Below are positions 26,294-32,959 of a stretch of 32,959 bases of DNA, one piece after another. The stretch comes from an uncultured Thiotrichaceae bacterium. Lineage in GTDB: Bacteria; Pseudomonadota; Gammaproteobacteria; SZUA-229. The notes under the pieces were generated by a model that saw only the letters and a list, made by a program, of their open reading frames with translations, searched no databases and had not been told where the DNA came from. The position numbers were made by a program, and so were the translations under genes. The stretch covers positions 1 to 32,959 of the forward strand of contig CAZYCY010000001.1 in the NCBI GenBank assembly GCA_964646145.1. The letters run 5' to 3'. Position 1 is the first letter of the stretch. Every line of letters begins with the position of its first letter.

Positions 26294-27556
26294 CTATGCA
26301 ATAACTTCATTTAATCCTCTAGCAAAGGCAGCAAGACTGGCACGTCTCATAATGACTAGAGGCTTACCGGTTCGGCTGCAAAATTGTCTGACACGATTAA
26401 CCGCATTGTGACTGATGCAGTCTATTGGGCAAAAAATCATATCAGCTTTTGGTAACAACGATCCAAGATGCTGGTCACCATCATTCAGACCACCATCATG
26501 GTGGATAAACGTACCTTTATTTTCTTCAACCAGCGCGCGAAAATGTACACATTGCCTGTCACGTCCACCTACATAAAGTACACAACTGCCTTCCAAATTA
26601 CCGGTTGTTACACAAGCATCCTGTTTATCACAAGATGAAAAACCCTGGTTTAAATATTTTTCAAGGGTGCTTTCCATTGCTATATTTTCTTTATGTAATT
26701 CCTGTAGCTGAGCTTCTGCGATACATAATTTATCACCACAATTTAATGCAGACTTTTTCCAGTCTTCAAGGCTTTCTTCAAGATGGTGTACACGTTTTAT
26801 TTTTACATCAAGTTTATTTTCAGAGTCAAACAATTTTCTTTTTAACTGGCTTAAAAGTGCATTATTTTTTAGTTCTACAATTGACTTTTTAGCTTCAATT
26901 AATTCTATTTCTATTTCATCTGATTTCTTTAACTGTTGTTTCAACAGGTTAATTTGTACCGATTGGTCAGTTAGTTTTTTTCGTGTTTTTATATTGTCAT
27001 TACTAATTTCAGTGTTTCTATCTTTCTTTTCCTTTTCTAAACGCTTTAATTTTTCCATATCCACACGTAACGAGGCACCTGATAAATGTGAAAGCATATG
27101 TACTTCACCATATATTTGATCAAGTAAGCGATCATCTATATCTGGGTGTGTCAAGATTGCCCAGAATGTGTCAGGCAGCTTATCCATTTCAAGTGCTTCT
27201 CGCCAAAAACCTGACAACTCTTCACTCTTTAGCTTTAATGCTTGCTTGATGGTTTCTTTATACTTTTTATCCAGATATCTATTCAATGTTCTGGCAGCAA
27301 ATGAATCGCTGCCAGCCACCCTGACAAAACTATGATGCCAATCGTAATCGGTAAATTCTGCCTGCATTGAAATTTTCATTTTTTTACATAAATAACGTAA
27401 TTCAGCTAGTGATAAACAGGTACCTACTACGCTGCAATGAAAACCACTTTCAAGCTCCCATATTTTTTTTCTTTTAGCATAAAAAGACTGGTGTTCACTC
27501 GGCTTTATCGCCACCACTTTACATTTTTCACACATGTTATCTTCACTCACAAACAT
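26294..27556 (-). CDS. DUF2325-domain protein with a Cys-containing N-domain and a long coiled coil
   Basis: 420 aa. The C-terminus LYVGGRDRQ...IHHDGG...FCPIDCISHNA...VIMRRASL matches the DUF2325 pattern. The N-terminus has CEKC and HCSVVGTCLSLAELR. The middle ~130 aa are heptad-like and K/E-rich. Confidence 0.7.
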   Translation of the reverse strand: MFVSEDNMCEKCKVVAIKPSEHQSFYAKRKKIWELESGFHCSVVGTCLSLAELRYLCKKMKISMQAEFTDYDWHHSFVRVAGSDSFAARTLNRYLDKKYKETIKQALKLKSEELSGFWREALEMDKLPDTFWAILTHPDIDDRLLDQIYGEVHMLSHLSGASLRVDMEKLKRLEKEKKDRNTEISNDNIKTRKKLTDQSVQINLLKQQLKKSDEIEIELIEAKKSIVELKNNALLSQLKRKLFDSENKLDVKIKRVHHLEESLEDWKKSALNCGDKLCIAEAQLQELHKENIAMESTLEKYLNQGFSSCDKQDACVTTGNLEGSCVLYVGGRDRQCVHFRALVEENKGTFIHHDGGLNDGDQHLGSLLPKADMIFCPIDCISHNAVNRVRQFCSRTGKPLVIMRRASLAAFARGLNEVIA

Positions 27557-27578
27557 TCTGAATTAAACCTCAATTACA

Positions 27579-27606
27579 ATGATAATGATTCTCATTCGTA
27601 TGTCAA
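27579..27606 (-). promoter_or_regulatory. Sigma70 promoter overlapped by a Fur-box-like site upstream of the DUF2325 gene
   Basis: Minus strand: TTGACA (27606..27601), 16 nt, TATCAT (27584..27579). Plus-strand gataatgattctcattcgt (27581..27599) matches GATAATGATAATCATTATC at 14/19, including the first 9 nt. Confidence 0.5.
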
Positions 27607-27630
27607 CAACTATTTTCCAGCTCAATAAAA

Positions 27631-27668
27631 AGCCGGAATACAGGTTTTCACCTATTCCGGCTTTTTTT
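27631..27668. terminator. Bidirectional Rho-independent terminator
   Basis: Perfect 10-bp stem agccggaata / tattccggct with a 12-nt loop. It is preceded by AAAAA and followed by TTTTTT. Confidence 0.75.
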
Positions 27669-27722
27669 GAAGTACGACGCTTATCCGCCCCCTCCATCCT
27701 CACATGGAAATAAGGTATTAAT

Positions 27723-27846
27723 CGTTGCATAAGTATTCGCAGTGTGTACTTTTTAAACTGTCGGTAGCATGGATGCTACCGTCAAGCCTATAGGGATATA
27801 TTTACGGCGTGTTTCAAAAGTACACACTGCGAATACTTATGCAACG
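27723..27846. mobile_element. Hairpin-MITE copy with divergent arms; no clear duplication
   Basis: Arms are cgttgcataagtattcgcagtgtgtactttt / aaaagtacacactgcgaatacttatgcaacg. The core is nearly identical to that of 25031..25164 (ctgtcggtagcatggatgctaccgtcaagcctatagggatatatttacggcgtg). Confidence 0.65.
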
Positions 27847-27877
27847 CTCTATATAACCAATAATTTATAAATTTGTT

Positions 27878-28034
27878 GTAACTACTCAGCGTATTATCCA
27901 GGTAAGGATGTAGGTTATTGATTTTTCAGGCATCTGCAACATGGATGTTGCAGTAGAGCGTACATGGACGTATTTACAGCGTCCTTAAAAATCAATAACC
28001 TGCGTCCTTTTCCAAAATTACGCTGAGTAGTTAC
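27878..28034. mobile_element. Hairpin-MITE copy (157 bp) with a perfect 8-bp target-site duplication
   Basis: Termini are gtaactactcagcg / cgctgagtagttac. The core is catctgcaacatggatgttgcagtagagcgtacatggacgtatttacagcg. It is flanked by AATTTGTT at 27870..27877 and 28035..28042. Confidence 0.8.
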
Positions 28035-28045
28035 AATTTGTTTTA

Positions 28046-28606
28046 CTAAAGCACCCCACGCGTAACCTTTTTGAAGGCTTTCATTGCATCCGGTAGTTCA
28101 ATATCAATGACCTGATCAGGTATCCATTTATTATCCTTTTCACCCATCACATCCCGCACATGCTCACCTGTACAACGGCGCACCTGAAACCCAGGTTGAT
28201 TATTATCTTCAAAAATAAAATTACTGTACTCAGCCATGCGTTGGTTTATTAAGTTTATGTATTCAGCACGAAAATCAGATTTTTTATCAGTAGAAACGTC
28301 TCGGCGGTTATCATGCATAGTTTTTGCCAAATTAAGCGCCAATGCCGTGATTAATGCCTGCCGATCTTCTACGGAATAATTTTTTGCTGAAAGGGCGCGG
28401 TCAACAACGTGTACAAGAAACGCGGTAAATTCAGCGATGACATCCAGTCGCTGAAAGTGGGTATCGGTTTGAAATCCCTCATTTTCCATGTGCATGACGT
28501 TGGCACTGGCGATTTTCCAGAAGTTAAAACTCAAAACACTGCCTATTTCCTCTGGTGTACGTACTTTATTTTTGTCATTCCACTTGTTTTTAATCCGAAT
28601 TTTCAT
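28046..28606 (-). CDS. Hypothetical protein
   Basis: I place the start at ATG 28606 (MKIRIKNKW), with SD GAGG 5 nt upstream, instead of 28642. No motif recognised. Confidence 0.55.
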   Translation of the reverse strand: MKIRIKNKWNDKNKVRTPEEIGSVLSFNFWKIASANVMHMENEGFQTDTHFQRLDVIAEFTAFLVHVVDRALSAKNYSVEDRQALITALALNLAKTMHDNRRDVSTDKKSDFRAEYINLINQRMAEYSNFIFEDNNQPGFQVRRCTGEHVRDVMGEKDNKWIPDQVIDIELPDAMKAFKKVTRGVL

Positions 28607-28686
28607 AATAACCTCAATAAATGCATCTGTACTCTCTTGCATTGAATAGTATACTGATAGAGTCAGTTATAAACTATGTTCCCATA

Positions 28687-29742
28687 ATGGATATATCACG
28701 ATTAATCAATGACGTACAACTAAATTGTCATATCTCTGATGCCAGGCATGCAGGCAACTATACACTTTGCATCTACCTGCTAAAGATGCGTGAGTTTTAT
28801 CGCTGGGAGCATCAATATATGTTTAGTGAAAAACTGTCTACTGATGATATAGGCAACTGGCTAACCCAGCGCGAGGAATTATGGAGAAAAATAGAAACCC
28901 AGGACTATCATTTATTACCAATCACTGCCGCCAGGCATGACCCGTTTGACTCCTCAACCATAAATCAGAAGCTCCTTTCTGAAAACCTGGTGTATAGCGG
29001 GGGTTACGGCGTTAAAAACAAACCACACTTCTTTTTAGCTGATCTGGAAAAAAAGCAAACCATTAACGACTACACAATTTATATTAGCGGTAAAGAACAT
29101 GCACGCGATTTAACTTCGCCGCCAGCAATGAGCCAGCATAAAACCATATATATTCGCCGTGAATCTTTTAAACGTTTAATCTGGGAGCGCACCGACGAGT
29201 GGCGCTGGAATAAGCCGGAAAATGCCATGGCGAGAGCGATCCGTTGTTATGATTTTGATAACGACCTGGAAACAGCTCTTTCCAAGATGACAGAAAATGA
29301 ATTAAACGCGGCCATATTGCATGAAATTGGTGAGATTAAAGCAGGAGAAAAACTTGTTGGCTGGCATCAAATGATGTCTGACATCACATTCACCCAGGCA
29401 GAAATTATGGCACGTGCAGTGCGTGATCATTTTGCAGACACCATATACACTCTGCCAAACTTAATAAAAAACAATAATAAGGCGTCAATTCATTTTTATT
29501 TTGCAAATTTGACTAATATGCGTAAACACATCTTCCCTGCCCTGATGGATGCATATAACAAATGGTGTAAAAACAAAAAAATAAGCATTATTGAACAAAC
29601 GGTTGTAGCATCTGCCGATCACTGGCAATATGTCGCTCAGCAGTTACTGGTCTTACATCAGCAGGATGTTAAACAGTGCAGTATTAAGATTGAAACTCTG
29701 GTTAACGGAAATAAATACGATGGTTTTGAGAAAAAACAATAA
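28687..29742 (+). CDS. Conserved-looking hypothetical protein
   Basis: 351 aa from ATG 28687 (MDISRLINDVQLNCHISDARHAGNYTLC...). Long uninterrupted ORF, divergent from 28046..28606. No motif I can name with confidence. Confidence 0.6.
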   Translation: MDISRLINDVQLNCHISDARHAGNYTLCIYLLKMREFYRWEHQYMFSEKLSTDDIGNWLTQREELWRKIETQDYHLLPITAARHDPFDSSTINQKLLSENLVYSGGYGVKNKPHFFLADLEKKQTINDYTIYISGKEHARDLTSPPAMSQHKTIYIRRESFKRLIWERTDEWRWNKPENAMARAIRCYDFDNDLETALSKMTENELNAAILHEIGEIKAGEKLVGWHQMMSDITFTQAEIMARAVRDHFADTIYTLPNLIKNNNKASIHFYFANLTNMRKHIFPALMDAYNKWCKNKKISIIEQTVVASADHWQYVAQQLLVLHQQDVKQCSIKIETLVNGNKYDGFEKKQ

Positions 29743-29756
29743 AATCAAATTTTATT

Positions 29757-29934
29757 CATGCCTCTGCATTTAACTCAGCATTGTTATGAGGTCAGGACGC
29801 AGGTTATTGATTTTTCAGGCATCTGTAGCATGGATGCTACAGTAGAGCGTACATGGATGTATTCACAGCGACCTGAAAAATCAATAACCTGCGTCCTGAC
29901 CATGGTGCTGTGCTGAGTTAAATACAGAGGCATG
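29757..29934. mobile_element. Hairpin-MITE copy (178 bp) with a perfect 8-bp target-site duplication
   Basis: Termini are catgcctctgcatttaactcagca / tgctgagttaaatacagaggcatg. The inner arm gcaggttattgatttttcagg is shared with 27878..28034. It is flanked by ATTTTATT at 29749..29756 and 29935..29942. Confidence 0.75.
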
Positions 29935-29951
29935 ATTTTATTTGTAATATC

Positions 29952-30049
29952 ATTAGCATTATTGTTGCAAATCTTCACCATGTCTCACCCGCGTGCCCGT
30001 GTTGATATTGTTGATGCCTTCTCCATATCCTGAACTAATAGGGACGCCC
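29952..30049 (+). mobile_element. Element X copy D: diverged and internally deleted
   Basis: ttgttgcaaatcttcaccatgtctcacccgcgtgcccgtgttgatattg...aactaatagggacgccct aligns with the central and right-terminal blocks of copies A and C. Confidence 0.4.
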
Positions 30050-30057
30050 TGATAATA

Positions 30058-30648
30058 ATGCACAAAAAACAAAACACCATTCACGAAGTAAAACCCAATA
30101 CCTTCATCTTTGAAAAAATAAACGCCCTGTCACTAGACATCTGCCAGGAAATGATTCGTCGTTTTGAAGAGGACACCGAAAATCAATATCCCGGTCGAAT
30201 CGGTCAAACTTTTACCACAGACCAAAGCATGAAGCGCTCAACCGATCTGGTCACTAGCGGAAAAGAAAACTGGAAAGATCTGGACACTGAATTATATCGC
30301 TCATTAGGCAATGCAATACGGCAATTCCGCGAAACTTATGCCTTCTTTAACGGTGCATTCAAAGATAATGGTTACGCAATACAACGCACCAACCCTGGTG
30401 AATATTATCACTGGCATATTGACGGTGGCAGCCACGAATTTTCCACACGTCAGTTAGTCGCCGTGTGGTATTTAAACGATGTCGCGGGTCCTGGCGGTGA
30501 GACAGAATTTTCCTACCAACAGGTTAAGGTAAAACCACAAGCCGGTAAACTCTGCCTGTTCCCACCGTTCTGGACGCACGAACATCGGGGTGTGACACTG
30601 GAAAAAGGTGTGAAGTATATTGCAACCACCTGGGTGGTGTTTGCTTAA
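30058..30648 (+). CDS. 2OG-Fe(II) oxygenase superfamily protein (prolyl-4-hydroxylase-like)
   Basis: 196 aa. H-x-D in YHWHIDGG. Distal His in FWTHEHRG. GGETEF and KLCLFP blocks. Confidence 0.75.
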   Translation: MHKKQNTIHEVKPNTFIFEKINALSLDICQEMIRRFEEDTENQYPGRIGQTFTTDQSMKRSTDLVTSGKENWKDLDTELYRSLGNAIRQFRETYAFFNGAFKDNGYAIQRTNPGEYYHWHIDGGSHEFSTRQLVAVWYLNDVAGPGGETEFSYQQVKVKPQAGKLCLFPPFWTHEHRGVTLEKGVKYIATTWVVFA

Positions 30649-30729
30649 AAGCCTGCAATCTATTCAATACGCTACACTGGAGTCTGCAAGATAATGACAC
30701 CATCAACACGGCAGCAATGAGGCATGAAT

Positions 30730-32274
30730 ATGAATAATCCCGTCATTGCAGATAACAAGCCGGTAAAAGTAAGTCTTACTAAAGGTCAGAAGTATCATTT
30801 TTGCACCTGTGGCAGGTCAAAAAGCCAGCCTTTTTGTGATGGTTCTCACGCCGGTACATCATTCAAACCCAAAGTAATAATTCAAGACAAAAACAGTAAC
30901 GTCTATCTATGTGCCTGCAAGCATACACGCAACACACCGTTTTGCGATGGCACGCACAAACAGTTCACTAATAACCAGGTAGGCAAAGAAGGGCCTGGCA
31001 TCGCCGCTGATGAAAGTATTTTACCAGAGGCACGTGCAACCATCGAAGAACCCACACTGGAATTTATACATCAATTAGCTGAAGAAGGTCTAAGTAATAT
31101 GGGAAACCATGGCCCAATGACGGCAATGGGCGTACCTCGCAATCAGCTCCCGCTCTGGGATGAGATACAAATTATGGTTGCACAGCTTCATCAAAAACCT
31201 CTATTGGAAGATGTCGATGTCAGCACTGAATTAATCATTGGACCTGAGTGCAAAAAACCACTGGCATTAAAAATCCCTCTGTTTGTTTCTGATATGAGTT
31301 TTGGCTCGCTATCGCTGGAAGCCAAAATAGCCTTGTCTAAAGGAGCTGAATTATCAGGAACAGGCATCTGCTCTGGTGAAGGCGGCATGTTACCGGAAGA
31401 ACAACAGGAAAACAGCCATTATTTTTATGAGCTGGCCAGTGCAAAATTTGGTTATAAAGAAGATTTGCTAAAAAAAGTACAGGCTTTTCATTTTAAAGGC
31501 GGTCAGGCTGCGAAAACTGGCATCGGTGGACATTTGCCCGCAGAAAAGAACATTGGCAGAATCGCTGAAGTTCGTGGCATCACAGCAGGTGAACCAGCAA
31601 TATCGCCGCCAACTTTTCATGACCTGAAGACACCCGCTGATTTTAAACGTTTTGCAGATCGAATACGCGAAATAAGCGGAGGCATTCCAGTTGGCTTTAA
31701 ACTCAGCGCCAATCACATTGAACAGGATATTGAATTTGCCTTACAGGCAAGCGCGGATTACATTATCCTGGATGGTCGTGGTGGTGGCACTGGCGCCGCG
31801 CCTTTATTATTTCGCGATCACATTAGTGTGCCCACCATTGCCGCGCTAGCTCGCGCCCGGCATTATCTGAACAAGCAAGGCGTAAGTGGAAAAGTAACCT
31901 TGATTATAACTGGCGGTCTACGCGTACCCAGTGACTTTATCAAAGCCATGGCACTGGGTGCAGACGGCATTGCCATCGCAAACAGCGCAATACAATCGAT
32001 TGGTTGCATTGCTGCCAGAATATGCAATACCAACAACTGCCCTTCCGGTATTGCAACACAAAAACCTGAATTAAGGAAAATGCTAAACATCGATAAATCC
32101 GCACAAAGATTATCTAATTTTATTGATTCATCGGTAGCATTAATGCAAGTTATGGCAAGGGCATGTGGACATTCTCACTTGAATCAATTTAACATTAATG
32201 ATCTTGCCACCTTTAATCCCGAAATGGCAAAATTGTCAGGGATCGACTTTTGCGGATTCAATCCGGATAGATAA
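30730..32274 (+). CDS. Two CDGSH iron-sulfur domains fused to an FMN-binding glutamate-synthase-related (GltB domain 2-like) domain
   Basis: CTCGRSKSQPFCDGSH and CACKHTRNTPFCDGTH at the N-terminus. FVSDMSFGSLS, GEGG and ILDGRGGGTGAAP blocks are typical of the Glu_synthase domain. I prefer the start at ATG 30730 (GAGG 7 nt upstream); 30724 is the alternative. Confidence 0.8.
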   Translation: MNNPVIADNKPVKVSLTKGQKYHFCTCGRSKSQPFCDGSHAGTSFKPKVIIQDKNSNVYLCACKHTRNTPFCDGTHKQFTNNQVGKEGPGIAADESILPEARATIEEPTLEFIHQLAEEGLSNMGNHGPMTAMGVPRNQLPLWDEIQIMVAQLHQKPLLEDVDVSTELIIGPECKKPLALKIPLFVSDMSFGSLSLEAKIALSKGAELSGTGICSGEGGMLPEEQQENSHYFYELASAKFGYKEDLLKKVQAFHFKGGQAAKTGIGGHLPAEKNIGRIAEVRGITAGEPAISPPTFHDLKTPADFKRFADRIREISGGIPVGFKLSANHIEQDIEFALQASADYIILDGRGGGTGAAPLLFRDHISVPTIAALARARHYLNKQGVSGKVTLIITGGLRVPSDFIKAMALGADGIAIANSAIQSIGCIAARICNTNNCPSGIATQKPELRKMLNIDKSAQRLSNFIDSSVALMQVMARACGHSHLNQFNINDLATFNPEMAKLSGIDFCGFNPDR

Positions 32275-32382
32275 ATTCAGTGCAATGGCCTACTATATTT
32301 GTATTGTCATAAACATTTAATAAAACTGTCACCATAGTTAAACGTAATAATGCCATTGTTGTTATCAGTCAATAACTAACTA

Positions 32383-32787
32383 ATGGTGAATAATATGTCT
32401 GGCACTGCTAATGCACCCTATGATCACGATACTGACTTAAGTAACATTGACCTTTTCTCTGCCTGGCTATTCGGAAAAATAAATGCAAACTGTTTATTAT
32501 CCGATCTTAGCCAACGCGGATGTTCTGTTCTTATCCCTAAAAACCAATCCATACCCTGCGATATTTTTAACTTGTTAATTATGTCGCCTGGAAATAGCGA
32601 TCAACTTCATACTATTGTAAAAGCCGAGCAGCGCTGGGAAAATAAAAATCACTCTTCAACGCATAGCAAAATTGGTATTAAATTTCGAAACCTGGAACAT
32701 GACCAACTATTGGAAATAAGACTATTAGAAAAATATTTTAATACTCTGGGGAATGTCTGCATTAAATGCAGTTCATTACAACCTTAA
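32383..32787 (+). CDS. Possible PilZ-domain protein
   Basis: 134 aa. LSDLSQRGCSVLIP resembles the D-x-S-x-x-G PilZ block. I do not see a clear upstream RxxxR. Confidence 0.35.
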   Translation: MVNNMSGTANAPYDHDTDLSNIDLFSAWLFGKINANCLLSDLSQRGCSVLIPKNQSIPCDIFNLLIMSPGNSDQLHTIVKAEQRWENKNHSSTHSKIGIKFRNLEHDQLLEIRLLEKYFNTLGNVCIKCSSLQP

Positions 32788-32826
32788 TTGTAACCGTTGC
32801 TAACACAAATATGCGAAGGAGATTTA

Positions 32827-32936
32827 CAATGAAAAAGACACCACTTATCAAAGACTGTCTACAGCAAAGATGTTGTAGTCAAACTTACATGGACGTATTT
32901 ATAACGTGTCTTTAGTAAGCGGTGTTCTTTTCATCT
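32827..32936. mobile_element. Hairpin-MITE copy, short-arm subfamily
   Basis: Arms are atgaaaaagacaccacttatcaaagac / gtctttagtaagcggtgttcttttcat. The core is tgtctacagcaaagatgttgtagtcaaacttacatggacgtatttataacgt. GATTTA is present immediately on both sides (32821..32826 and 32937..32942). Confidence 0.6.
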
Positions 32937-32959
32937 GATTTAGTAATAATGACAGCACT

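Noticed and set aside
27437-27628. 63-aa plus-strand ORF ending just before the terminator hairpin.
   Set aside because: It is antisense to the 5' end and promoter of the DUF2325 gene. Its composition is F/T/H/Y-rich low complexity, and there is no SD.
27878-29934. The two same-subfamily MITEs flanking the divergent hypothetical gene pair could form a composite transposon.
   Set aside because: Each MITE has its own perfect 8-bp duplication (AATTTGTT and ATTTTATT). This indicates two independent insertions rather than mobilisation of the whole segment.
29784-29981. 65-aa minus-strand ORF.
   Set aside because: It is wholly composed of the MITE at 29757..29934 plus adjacent repeat sequence.
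32829-32915. 28-codon ORF MKKTPLIKDCLQQRCCSQTYMDVFITCL with a good GGAG SD.
   Set aside because: It lies entirely within a hairpin-MITE copy. The Cys-rich peptide is a by-product of the conserved core and arms, and other copies lack the frame.

Overview
AT-rich gammaproteobacterial chromosomal segment. The core backbone is mutS-nadK-recN, an IscA-like gene, a small membrane protein gene, cysZ and slyX (17.7-25.4 kb). To its right lies a poorly characterised region full of MITE-like elements. It holds a DUF2325 protein behind a Fur-box promoter, two divergent hypothetical genes, a 2OG-Fe(II) oxygenase, a CDGSH::glutamate-synthase-like flavoprotein and a PilZ-like protein. The left end carries a decayed integrative module: an IS200/RAYT-like transposase stub, a truncated parA and an intact tyrosine recombinase, bracketed by direct copies of a ~210-bp MITE-like repeat. 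A Tat-signal aldo/keto reductase and a small lipoprotein follow it. The centre (about 4.5-17.25 kb) is a visibly more AT-rich ~12.7-kb defence island abutting mutS. Its minus strand carries a tightly coupled six-gene operon: RHH regulator, sspB (DUF4007), sspC (1174-aa P-loop ATPase), sspD (PP-loop/PAPS-reductase-like), an SF2 helicase and a GHKL/MORC-like ATPase. This operon converges on a plus-strand trio, with the two stop codons overlapping inside CTAG. The trio is a phosphorothioation-associated methyltransferase-like protein, a YwbE::AlbA_2 fusion and a single-HKD PLD-like protein. No sspA/cysteine desulfurase and no sspE are present. I read this as an Ssp-type DNA phosphorothioation system with a non-canonical partner set. 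Part of it may correspond to the published sspBCD-sspFGH cassette, and part (MTase-like plus YwbE::AlbA_2) looks undescribed. Two repeat families are documented. One is a long-hairpin MITE family with seven copies, three of which have perfect 8-bp target-site duplications. The other is a ~210-bp TIR element with four copies. All calls rest on motif recognition by eye; no database search was possible.
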